Position numbers and translations under genes: made by a program
Shown here: positions 9,119-16,952 of the stretch, piece by piece
Layout of the letters: every line of letters begins with the position of its first letter
Position numbering within the stretch: position 1 is the first letter of the stretch
Notes under the pieces: generated by a model
What the model saw: the letters and a program-made list of their open reading frames with translations, nothing else
What the model was told of the DNA's origin: nothing
The model's database searches: none
Origin: Brevinematales bacterium
GTDB taxonomy: Bacteria; Spirochaetota; Brevinematia; Brevinematales; GWF1-51-8
Length of the DNA: 64,000 bases
Assembly: GCA_013177895.1 (NCBI GenBank)
Contig: JABLXV010000008.1
Location: forward strand, 18,205-82,204
Direction of reading: 5' to 3'

Positions 9119-10548
9119 CCGAGAATCCCCAGAAACGCGCGGGCGATCTCGAAGTACAGCACGAGCCCTCCTACGTCGATGAGAGTCGTGATGAGCGGCG
9201 ACGATACCAGCGCGGGATCGATGCCGATTTTTTTAATGACCAGCGGGAGCATCGCGCCGAGGAAGTTCGCGAGAGTGGTCAACGCCGCGAGCGCGACCGC
9301 CACCACCCATTTTACCTCGGAACCCGTCCCGAAAATAAAGATACGCAATAATACGAATCCCGCGAGAATAACGCCCATTGTCGCGCCTACGGTGAGGGAA
9401 CGGAGAAGGAGACGCATCGTATCCTTTTTCGTTATCTCGCCGGTGGCAAGGCCGCGTATCACGAGGATCGAGGACTGCGAACCGATATTACCGCCGACGC
9501 CCACCAGGAGGGTGAAGAAGAACGACAACGCGATATGGTTACTGAGGAGGTCGCTGTACGCCTTGATGACGTCCTGTGTGACACTCGCGACGAACAGGAG
9601 GATGACGAGCCAGAGCGAACGGTTGAAGATCAGGCGGAAGAAGCCGCTCTTGAGGTATCCCTCGTCGGTCGGCTGGATACCCGCGATCAACTGGAAGTCC
9701 TCCGTGTTCTCCTCTTCCAATACGTCGATCACGTCGTCGACCGTCACGATACCCACCATGCGCCCGATCAGATCGACCACCGGAACCGCGAGAAGGTCGT
9801 AGTTCTTGATGACCTTCGCCACTTCTTCCTGCGGGGTCTCCGTCGTGACTTTTACCGGGTTATCGACCATGATGTCGGAAATCGGGGTATCGGAGGACGC
9901 GAGGATGATATTCTTCAGGGGCACCACGCCCACTAAGATGCCGCTTGCGTCCACAATATAGTTGGTATAGATCGTTTCTTTATCGGGGGCTTCCTTCTTG
10001 ATGACGCGAAGGGCCTGCGAGACGGTCAGTCCCCGGTCGAGGTCGACGTACTCCGGGGTCATTATTCTCCCGGCGGTGTCCTCCTTGAAGTTCAGGAGCT
10101 GGTTCGCGATAGTGCGTTCCTCGGGCGAGAGGAGTTTCAGGAGCTTCCGCACGACTATCGACGGGAGTTCCTCGAACAGGTCGGTACGGTCGTCGGGATG
10201 CATGTTCTCGAGAATCTGTTTCGCTTCCTGGTTGGTGAAATTGCCGAGGAACTCTTCCTGCTCGGGCGCCTCGAAGTATTCGAATATCTCGACAGCCTTA
10301 TCCTGCGGAAGCACCCGGAACGCGAGAATCTTCTCGGTACCGGTCATCCGGGATATTACGAGCGCTATATCTTTAGGTTCGAGCTTTATCAGGAGTGTGC
10401 GCGCGAGCTTGAGCTGGCCGTGATCGATTAGCTCGGCGAGAATCTCGCGAGTCCCTTCGATAACGCGGTCGTACGCCACATCGGTCTGCGCGCCCTCTTC
10501 CTGGATCGGGTCCTTCGGTTCGAGTTCGTTGTTCTGCATAACAATCAC
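9115..10548 (-). CDS. mgtE: magnesium transporter MgtE
   Basis: It has the MgtE N-domain (..EKILAFRVLPQDKAVEIFEYFE..), a CBS pair (..IMTPEYVDL.. / ..DIMVDNPVKV..) and a C-terminal 5-TM MgtE channel region. Confidence 0.9.
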   Translation of the reverse strand: MIVMQNNELEPKDPIQEEGAQTDVAYDRVIEGTREILAELIDHGQLKLARTLLIKLEPKDIALVISRMTGTEKILAFRVLPQDKAVEIFEYFEAPEQEEFLGNFTNQEAKQILENMHPDDRTDLFEELPSIVVRKLLKLLSPEERTIANQLLNFKEDTAGRIMTPEYVDLDRGLTVSQALRVIKKEAPDKETIYTNYIVDASGILVGVVPLKNIILASSDTPISDIMVDNPVKVTTETPQEEVAKVIKNYDLLAVPVVDLIGRMVGIVTVDDVIDVLEEENTEDFQLIAGIQPTDEGYLKSGFFRLIFNRSLWLVILLFVASVTQDVIKAYSDLLSNHIALSFFFTLLVGVGGNIGSQSSILVIRGLATGEITKKDTMRLLLRSLTVGATMGVILAGFVLLRIFIFGTGSEVKWVVAVALAALTTLANFLGAMLPLVIKKIGIDPALVSSPLITTLIDVGGLVLYFEIARAFLGILG

Positions 10549-10719
10549 CTCTTACTCGGATGAATATTTTAGCTTCCGGGACGAATAAAAACAAATTTAG
10601 GTAAAATATTTTTTAAATTTTTTTAGGAAAAAGCGCCCGAGATATGTATATATTATACGTAAAGGAAATTCCGTTAGAGCGGAATTCCATAACTTTCGGG
10701 GTTATATCCCGGTTAAGTT

Positions 10720-10790
10720 TAAAAAACGGGCAACTTTACCCAATCCGGCAACGGGAGGCAATTAAGGGTAATCTTGCCCGCTATTTTTTG
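10720..10790. promoter_or_regulatory. long GC-rich hairpin flanked by an A-run and a T-run (bidirectional terminator-like) inside the mgtE upstream region
   Basis: The sequence is aaaaaacgggcaa-ctttaccc...gggtaat-cttgcccgc-tatttttt. The outer stem is acgggcaa/ttgcccg(c/t) and the inner stem is ttaccc/gggtaa. No upstream gene on either strand needs terminating here. Confidence 0.4.
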
Positions 10791-10883
10791 TTGGACTCTT
10801 TTACGATTTTCATTATAATATAGGGCGTTCCCAATAAATGCTGCGGTACGGCGGTTATCGGAAGCGCCCTCCTGTTTGGGCAT

Positions 10884-11063
10884 GTTGACGAAGGTGGGAA
10901 TTTAACTATTTTCCGTCACTGCGATGAGCAAAGCGAAGAAGCAGTCAATCTAAGAATATACAATATAAACAAATAGATTGCTTCGGGTATGGTTCGGCAT
11001 CCCGTTGAATGCGGGACAAGTGCTCACCATGACGCCTCGCATTGACAAAAACAGTTCGTAACC
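10884..11063 (+). mobile_element. MITE-like palindromic repeat, copy A
   Basis: It aligns end to end with 60535-60693 (near-identical apart from a ~20-nt internal indel). It shares the framework gttgacgaa..ttccgtcactgcga..gaagcagtcaatct..atagattgcttcgg..ctcaccatgacgcctcgc..atgacaaaaacagttcgt. Confidence 0.75.
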
Positions 11064-11105
11064 AACCCTGTTCATTATGGGTTTATCAATGATAAAGGAA
11101 AGCGT

Positions 11106-11585
11106 ATGATATTCCGGGAGTTTTGCGCAAACGACCTTCCCGATGTGCTCTCGCTCTTCAAGGAACTGATCGCCCACCTGATGGAGGAAACCGGAGACCC
11201 GTATATGCAGATCGATCCCGACGCCGGCCTCGAGAACGGGCTGGAGTCCTACCTCCGCGAGACCTTGGAAGGACGGGATAAGACCACGATTATCGCGGAG
11301 GATGACGGGAAGATCGCGGGCTTTATCTGCGGCGAGATCCGCGACAGCTTCTTCCCCCCGTCGGTCGTGAAAAAAACGGGGTATATTTTCGGCGCGTACA
11401 CCCTTCCCGAATACCGGCGGCAGGGCGTGATGGCGCAGCTTGAGAAGATACTCACCGATTTTTTCCGTTCCCGTAAAATCAACTATATCGAACTGAGCTT
11501 TCTTTCCGGTAACTCGCTCGCCCGCAAGAGCTGGGAGGCGATGGGATACGGGGTGTTCCGCGAGCAGATGAGGAAAAACATATGA
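11106..11585 (+). CDS. GNAT-family N-acetyltransferase
   Basis: The acetyl-CoA motif region is YTLPEYRRQGVMAQLEKIL. The size (159 aa) and layout are typical of GNAT enzymes. Confidence 0.8.
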   Translation: MIFREFCANDLPDVLSLFKELIAHLMEETGDPYMQIDPDAGLENGLESYLRETLEGRDKTTIIAEDDGKIAGFICGEIRDSFFPPSVVKKTGYIFGAYTLPEYRRQGVMAQLEKILTDFFRSRKINYIELSFLSGNSLARKSWEAMGYGVFREQMRKNI

Positions 11586-11595
11586 GGGGTGAACT

Positions 11596-11847
11596 ATGAA
11601 TTGCAGTGCTGTGATGGTTGTCAGGATTGAGAAACGCGCGAAGGAAGCGGTCAAGGTGCAGGAAGCGCTGACCAGGTACGGGTGCAATATCAGCGCGCGT
11701 TTCGGTATCCATGAGACAGGCGACCAATGTTCCGATGCCGGGATGATTCTACTGTGTCTCGACGGCGCTCCCGGCGAGCTCGACGCGCTCGGGAAGGAAA
11801 TTTCCTCCATCCCCGGGGTGAAAGTCAACTCGATGAAGCTGGATTAA
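11596..11847 (+). CDS. small ACT/ferredoxin-fold protein resembling the TM1266 family (putative iron-only hydrogenase system regulator family)
   Basis: The 83-aa protein has the pattern ..VVRIEKRAKEAVKVQEALTRYGCNISARFGIHE...MILLCLDG..GELDALGKEISSIPGVKVNSMKL, which matches my recollection of TM1266-like proteins. It starts 11 nt after the GNAT stop. Confidence 0.4.
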   Translation: MNCSAVMVVRIEKRAKEAVKVQEALTRYGCNISARFGIHETGDQCSDAGMILLCLDGAPGELDALGKEISSIPGVKVNSMKLD

Positions 11848-12047
11848 CATACCGAAAGTATAGACCACGGCAACCGCCGGCTTAAGTCAGCGGTTACCGA
11901 GCGTAGTCGAGGTGCGGTTACCGACTTCCTACCACTTGAAACAATGCATCGCGACTACGGTATTCCCCGTCCGCCGAGACTGCGACGTTATCGCCGAATT
12001 AATCCGCCTCCGCGCCGGAAATACGTAACTTTTTATCCCCCTGAAAC

Positions 12048-12075
12048 TTGACTACTCCCGCCCGTCTATTAAAAT
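12048..12075 (+). promoter_or_regulatory. candidate sigma70 promoter for metF
   Basis: ttgact, 16-nt spacer, taaaat; the -10 ends about 20 nt upstream of the metF start. Confidence 0.4.
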
Positions 12076-12096
12076 AATGATTGCTAAAAACTTGAG

Positions 12097-12972
12097 GTGA
12101 GTATGAAAATACGTGATATACTGCGCGCCGGAAAAGGCGTGGCGTTCGAGTTCTTCCCGCCGAAGAGCGAGACGACCGAGGCCAGCCTTTTCGAGCATTT
12201 GAAACTTCTGGAAGAGATTGATCCGGCGTATGTGTCGGTGACCTACGGGGCGGGCGGGTCGTCACGGGAGAATACGAGACGGATTGTCCGGCGGATCGCG
12301 GAGGAGGAGAAGCTCACCGTGATGGCGCATCTCACCTGCGTGGGGCATACCCGCGCGGAAGTCTCCGGGATTGTCGCCGATTACGCGGATTGCGGTATCG
12401 AGAATATTATGGCGCTGCGGGGGGATACCCCGAGGGGCACGGATATAGACCCGTCGAAGGGCGAGCTGCCCCATGCGTCCGACCTGATCCGGCTGATACG
12501 CGCGGAGCACGGCGATAAATTCTCCATCGGCGGGGCGGTTTTCCCCGAGAAGCATCTGGAGTCCCCCGATTTGGAGCAGGATATCCGCGCTCTCAGGGAA
12601 AAAGTCGACGCCGGGATCGAATTCGCGGTATCGCAGATGTTTTTCGTAAACCGGTACTTTTTTACCCTGCTGGAACGCGCTGAACAAGCGGGGATAAAAA
12701 TTCCCATCGTCCCGGGGATTATGCCGTTTACGAACTATACCCAGATAGGGAAAATCGCGGAGCTATCCGGCGCGGAGATACCCAAGGATTTGGTGGAGAA
12801 ACTGAACGCGGCGGAGAGCGACGAGGAAATATACAAGATCGGGGTGGATTTTTCCACCCGCCAGTGCATGGAGCTGATCGACCACGGGTTCAAGTTTCTG
12901 CACTTTTTCACATTGAATAAATCCAACGCGACCCTGGACATATATAAGGCTATCCGTTCACGTTTGGAATAA
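12097..12972 (+). CDS. metF: 5,10-methylenetetrahydrofolate reductase
   Basis: Hallmark MetF segments are present: FEFFPPKSE, VSVTYGAGGSSRENT, MAHLTC, and ALRGD..RG. Confidence 0.9.
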   Translation: MSMKIRDILRAGKGVAFEFFPPKSETTEASLFEHLKLLEEIDPAYVSVTYGAGGSSRENTRRIVRRIAEEEKLTVMAHLTCVGHTRAEVSGIVADYADCGIENIMALRGDTPRGTDIDPSKGELPHASDLIRLIRAEHGDKFSIGGAVFPEKHLESPDLEQDIRALREKVDAGIEFAVSQMFFVNRYFFTLLERAEQAGIKIPIVPGIMPFTNYTQIGKIAELSGAEIPKDLVEKLNAAESDEEIYKIGVDFSTRQCMELIDHGFKFLHFFTLNKSNATLDIYKAIRSRLE

Positions 12973-12979
12973 GGGGAGA

Positions 12980-14263
12980 GTGGTGTTAATAAAAGGCGGA
13001 TTTGTATTCGATTACCGCAACCATCTGAACGGGCAGGTATTGGATATCCGAATCGAGGACGGCAGAATCGCCGATATGCGCCGCCAGATTAAACCTTCCG
13101 GCGGCGAGAAGGTGATCGACGCGGAAGGGCTATATGTTATGCCCGGCATCGTCGATATGCATTGCCATCTCCGTGAGCCCGGCGGCGAGCACAAGGAGAC
13201 GGTGAAAAGCGGTACGGCGGCGGCGGCGAAAGGCGGGATTACCACAATCCTCGCGATGCCGAACACTACCCCCGCGCTCGATAACCCCCATGTCCTTTAC
13301 CGCCTCCAATCGATAATCAGGAAAGACGCTAAGATAGAAGTGAAAGTGGCCTCGGCGATGACACGGAACCGCGAGGGGTTCGAGCCGGTCAATTTCGCGC
13401 AGAATAAGCAGGCGGGATTTACCGCGTTCTCGGACGACGGGGACGGGGTGGGGAAGGAGCACCTTCTCTACGACATCTGCTACCAGGCGAAAAACTGCGG
13501 CGCATTGCTGATAGAGCACCCTGAGGACGTGTTCCTCTCGAAGAAGGAACCGTGCAGCTACGGGAAGGTCGCGGATATTCTCAAAACGATGGGGCAGCCC
13601 GCCGAGTCGGAGAGTCTCGATATCCTGAAATTCGGCACGATTGCCGGGATGATCGGGGCGCGCGCGCATTTCACGCATATCTCCACCCGCAAATCGGTCG
13701 AGGCGATCCGCATGCTGAAACGGCTTTACCCGGGATTTATCACCGCCGACACGACCCCGCATCACCTCCGTTTGTCGGAGGACGATAATCTTCTGCTCGA
13801 CCCGAATATGAAGATGCATCCGCCGCTCCGCCCCGAAGACGACCGTATCGCGGTCGAACGCGGCGTGATATTCGGCACTATCGACGCGATCGCGTCCGAC
13901 CACGCCCCGCATTCGGTGCAGGAGAAGGAACTCGGGTATATGAAAGCCCCGTTCGGGGTGATCGGTTTCGAGACTATGCTCGCGGTTGTATTTACTCATC
14001 TGGTCAAACAGCACCGCACGTCGATGCTCGATATGGTCAAACTCCTCTGCGCGAACCCCGCGAAGATACTCCGGCTCGAAGAGGGCGGTACTATTCAGGA
14101 AGGTCATCGCGCGGACATCACGATATTCGACCCGGATAAACGTTGGACTGTCAAGCAGTCGGAGTTTGTATCGGCGTCGAAAAACAGCGCGTTTATCGAT
14201 AAAGAAGTATGGGGATGGGTACGGGCTACGGTTTCCAAGGGGGAAATCGTATATGAAGGCTAA
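12980..14263 (+). CDS. pyrC: dihydroorotase
   Basis: Amidohydrolase metal-binding motifs are present (VDMHCHLREPG, ..ASDHAPH..). The 427-aa length fits multifunctional-complex-type PyrC. The start is GTG. Confidence 0.85.
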   Translation: MVLIKGGFVFDYRNHLNGQVLDIRIEDGRIADMRRQIKPSGGEKVIDAEGLYVMPGIVDMHCHLREPGGEHKETVKSGTAAAAKGGITTILAMPNTTPALDNPHVLYRLQSIIRKDAKIEVKVASAMTRNREGFEPVNFAQNKQAGFTAFSDDGDGVGKEHLLYDICYQAKNCGALLIEHPEDVFLSKKEPCSYGKVADILKTMGQPAESESLDILKFGTIAGMIGARAHFTHISTRKSVEAIRMLKRLYPGFITADTTPHHLRLSEDDNLLLDPNMKMHPPLRPEDDRIAVERGVIFGTIDAIASDHAPHSVQEKELGYMKAPFGVIGFETMLAVVFTHLVKQHRTSMLDMVKLLCANPAKILRLEEGGTIQEGHRADITIFDPDKRWTVKQSEFVSASKNSAFIDKEVWGWVRATVSKGEIVYEG

Positions 14264-15260
14264 GGATACCCGCCCGAAGTATGAAAGTTTCTTTACCGTA
14301 TTCCTTCAGCGATTCAAAAAAAACCGTACCGGACAGATATCGTTCTATTTCGTCATATTTATGATCGCGCTTGCGGTCATGGCTCCGTTTATCGCGAACG
14401 ACGCCCCGGTGATGCTCGTCAGCGGCGGGAAGGTCACATTCCCCGGACTGTTCAATCCCAGCGAGTACCTCTCGACCGACTGGCGCAGTCCGGCGTTCCC
14501 CGTCGATTTCGCGGTCTGGCCGATCGTCCGTTACTCCCCCGTGAAATCCGACCTCACCAAGCGCGTAGCGCCCCCGTCATGGGATCACCCGTTCGGCACC
14601 GACGACCAGGGGATGGACGTATTCGCGCGCATCATATGGGGCACCCGCATCTCCATCAGTATCGGGGTCATCTCGGCGGGACTGACGTTCCTGATCGGTT
14701 CGCTGATCGGGGCGGCGGCGGGGTATTTCGGGGGCGCGGTCGACGTGGTTTTCTCGCGCATCATCGAAATCATGATGTGCTTCCCGACATTCTTTCTCAT
14801 CCTCTCGGTGCTGGCGTTCATGCCGCCGAGTTACTATAATATCATCATCGTTATCGGACTGACCGGGTGGACCAGTATCGCGCGGCTGGTACGCGGCGAG
14901 GTGCTCAAGGTCAAGACTCTCGACTATATCCGCGCGGCTAAGGTCAACGGGGTCAAACCGTTCAGGATTATCGCGCGGCATATCCTCCCGAACAGCATCA
15001 CCCCCGCGCTCATATCGGCGACATTCAACGTAGCAGGGGCGATACTGGTCGAGTCGACGTTGAGCTTCCTCGGGTTCGGCGTACAGCCCCCGACTCCGAG
15101 TTGGGGCGCGATCATCCGTGTCGCGTACTCGTATATCCAGTTCGACCAGGGATGGTGGTTATCGCTCTATCCCGCGCTTGCGATATTCCTGACAGTGACC
15201 GCGTATAACCTTCTCGGCCAGGCCATCCGCGACTCGGCCGATCCCCGCCTGATAGAATAA
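14253..15260 (+). CDS. ABC transporter permease, OppC/DppC family (orphan)
   Basis: An internal ATG at 14253 (MKAKDTRPKY...) overlaps the pyrC stop by 11 nt; the longer 13986 ORF lies inside pyrC. The OppC N-terminal region and the EAA-like loop (..YIRAAKVNGVKPFRIIARHILPN..) are present. Confidence 0.8.
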   Translation: MKAKDTRPKYESFFTVFLQRFKKNRTGQISFYFVIFMIALAVMAPFIANDAPVMLVSGGKVTFPGLFNPSEYLSTDWRSPAFPVDFAVWPIVRYSPVKSDLTKRVAPPSWDHPFGTDDQGMDVFARIIWGTRISISIGVISAGLTFLIGSLIGAAAGYFGGAVDVVFSRIIEIMMCFPTFFLILSVLAFMPPSYYNIIIVIGLTGWTSIARLVRGEVLKVKTLDYIRAAKVNGVKPFRIIARHILPNSITPALISATFNVAGAILVESTLSFLGFGVQPPTPSWGAIIRVAYSYIQFDQGWWLSLYPALAIFLTVTAYNLLGQAIRDSADPRLIE

Positions 15261-15538
15261 AGTACTGCGTACCCTTACCCCGATGTCAGGATTTTAACTG
15301 GCAGAGGCATACAGCCCGTGATGAGGGCGGGGATATACAAACATGACCACGGGCTATAATGATAAATTTGTCCCCGGATTGATATCGGGACTAGCGGCTG
15401 GCTTCTGCACTCCACCCATCTATGGGTGTCGCACGCAACAGTCGGGATTTGCCTGTATGCATTGCGTCCGGCTTGACCACGGGCTATTTTTATATACTTG
15501 ATTTAAGAATGATATCGGGATTAGTGTACGCAGTACAT

Positions 15539-15564
15539 AAAAAACCGCCCCGGGATGGGACGGT
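15539..15564 (-). terminator. rho-independent terminator downstream of tRNA-Val
   Basis: The minus strand reads accgtccc-atcc-cggggcggt followed by tttttt. Confidence 0.6.
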
Positions 15565-15617
15565 CTTATATATGTGTTTCTCTGGTGTTCGGGATTGTTC
15601 CCGTTATGGGAAGGGAT

Positions 15618-15692
15618 TGGGCGTTACAGGATTCGAACCTGTGACCCCCTGCTTGTAAGGCAGGTGCTCTGAACCAGCTGAGCTAAACGCCC
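15618..15692 (-). tRNA. tRNA-Val (anticodon UAC)
   Basis: The reverse complement folds as a cloverleaf. Its parts are: acceptor GGGCGTT/AACGCCC, D arm GCTC..GAGC, anticodon arm CCTGC-CTTACAA-GCAGG, T arm ACAGG-TTCGAAT-CCTGT, and discriminator A. No CCA is encoded. Confidence 0.95.
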
Positions 15693-15704
15693 TAGTGAGG
15701 AAAT

Positions 15705-15733
15705 ATTATAACGCGGGGGCGGAGATATGTCAA
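15705..15733 (-). promoter_or_regulatory. consensus sigma70 promoter for tRNA-Val
   Basis: The minus strand reads TTGACA, 17 nt, TATAAT. The -10 ends 12 nt before the mature tRNA 5' end. Confidence 0.7.
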
Positions 15734-15752
15734 AAAACTAACCGCGCATATA

Positions 15753-15781
15753 TTGCGAATTTTCTGTGTTTTTCCTATAAT
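15753..15781 (+). promoter_or_regulatory. sigma70 promoter for the ankyrin gene
   Basis: ttgcga, 17 nt, tataat; the -10 ends 35 nt upstream of the 15817 ATG. Confidence 0.6.
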
Positions 15782-15816
15782 GCAGGAAGGGAAAAACTAT
15801 ACTCGGGATATTTATC

Positions 15817-16851
15817 ATGCGTAGGTATATTATTCTTTTATTAGTAATTTTTAATTCTTTATCCTGCCAAGTGGATAAAAAAAACCAAGCGAATATAGAT
15901 TTGATGAACGCCGCCAAAAAGGGGGATATCATATTGGTTGAGACAGCTTTGACCAACGGGGCGGACGTGGATTATCAGGATGAAAATGGAGAGACCGCGT
16001 TGATTATCGCATCGAAAAAAGAATATTCGGAAATGGTGGTTTTATTAAAAAAAGCAAATGCATCTTCAAGCTTACAAGATAAAAAAGGATTGACAGCTAT
16101 TAAATGGGCAATAAAAAACGGTAATCAAAAAATAATTACCGTTCTGGAAAATAAAATATCTTGTGAAACCCTATCAATCGAAAACCTCTTTAATGCAATT
16201 GAACAAGGAGATTTAAAAACTATAAAGGATTTTATAAATTCTGGTGGTGATGTGAATACGATCAATGAATATAACGCAACTCTTTTAATTGAAGCTGCAA
16301 GAGACGGTAATATTGCTATAGTTTCATTCTTATTAAACAATTGTGCAAATATAAATAGAGTGAATGGGCTAGGTTTAACTGCCTTAATGGCTGCTTCTCA
16401 AGCTGGGAATTTTAATATTGTAAAGCAATTATTAAAATTTAATCCTGATTTGAATATTTCTTCTTCAGATGATAGTTGGACTGCGGTATTTCTTGCCGCT
16501 TATAGTGGACATTGGGAAATAGTGAAACTATTAATTGAATCGGGAGCTGACATTACGATAAAACCGTTTGAAGATTCTACAATTTTAGCTGAGGCTGCAA
16601 GACATGGAAACATCGAAATGATGCAGTATATGCTGGATAAAGGTGAAGACATAAACGAATTGTGTTTTTATAATGAAAACGCGCTTTTTTATGCGATCCG
16701 TGGAAAACAACTTGAAGCAGTAAAGTTTCTTGTTAATGAGGGGATTGAATATAGTATTACTAATTACGAGGGAATGACTCCACTATCTTTGGCTAAAGAA
16801 AAGAATAATACCAATATTGTAGATTACCTGAAGTCCAAGGGCGCGAAGTAA
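15817..16851 (+). CDS. secreted ankyrin-repeat protein (AT-rich gene)
   Basis: The signal peptide is MRRYIILLLVIFNSLSC. About nine ANK repeats are present (..GETALIIASKKEY.., ..NATLLIEAARDGNIAIVSFLLNNCANIN.., ..GLTALMAASQAGNFNIVKQLL..). G+C is visibly low: the 60-nt line at 16381 has 18 G+C. Confidence 0.85.
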   Translation: MRRYIILLLVIFNSLSCQVDKKNQANIDLMNAAKKGDIILVETALTNGADVDYQDENGETALIIASKKEYSEMVVLLKKANASSSLQDKKGLTAIKWAIKNGNQKIITVLENKISCETLSIENLFNAIEQGDLKTIKDFINSGGDVNTINEYNATLLIEAARDGNIAIVSFLLNNCANINRVNGLGLTALMAASQAGNFNIVKQLLKFNPDLNISSSDDSWTAVFLAAYSGHWEIVKLLIESGADITIKPFEDSTILAEAARHGNIEMMQYMLDKGEDINELCFYNENALFYAIRGKQLEAVKFLVNEGIEYSITNYEGMTPLSLAKEKNNTNIVDYLKSKGAK

Positions 16852-16871
16852 CACCTCGGCTTCGCTCGGTG
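16852..16871 (-). repeat. 20-nt motif copy (exact reverse complement of 27365-27384)
   Basis: The sequence is cacctcggcttcgctcggtg. It starts immediately after the ankyrin stop codon. Confidence 0.7.
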
Positions 16872-16952
16872 TCCGTCTATCGGCACACTCGCCATGACGG
16901 TTCCATGCCGTTTCTTTATACTTTATACTTTCCTCTTGTTACTTGTTACTGA

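Noticed and set aside
10549-10883. M-box (ykoK) Mg2+ riboswitch upstream of mgtE
   Set aside because: I read the minus strand for the hallmark strings (GTTAGGTGAGGC, GACGCCAATGGGTCAACAG, CTAAAGC-type 3' element) and did not find them. Only a weak resemblance exists (gccggattgggt). The terminator-like hairpin is kept as a separate low-confidence finding.
10950-11828. 292-aa minus-strand ORF spanning the GNAT gene and MITE copy A
   Set aside because: It is antisense to two well-supported plus-strand genes (GNAT, TM1266-like). Its C-terminal part is translated from the palindromic repeat. It has no RBS and no motifs. It is a typical shadow ORF in GC-rich DNA.
11848-12096. SAM riboswitch upstream of metF, and a lysine riboswitch upstream of lysC (60694-60791)
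   Set aside because: Neither leader shows the conserved cores. The lysC leader is only about 30 nt after the predicted -10, which is too short for a riboswitch.
13986-14252. N-terminal extensions of track ORFs
   Set aside because: The extensions considered are the permease from 13986, the FG-GAP protein from 25406, ORFs from 30821, 32183, 32614, 52926, 55829 and 56652, and the family member from 58084. Each extension overlaps the preceding gene or lacks an RBS. In each case an internal Met with a good RBS yields a proper signal peptide or conserved N-terminus.
15422-15658. 78-aa plus-strand ORF
   Set aside because: It overlaps the tRNA-Val gene and its terminator on the opposite strand and has no RBS. 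It is spurious.
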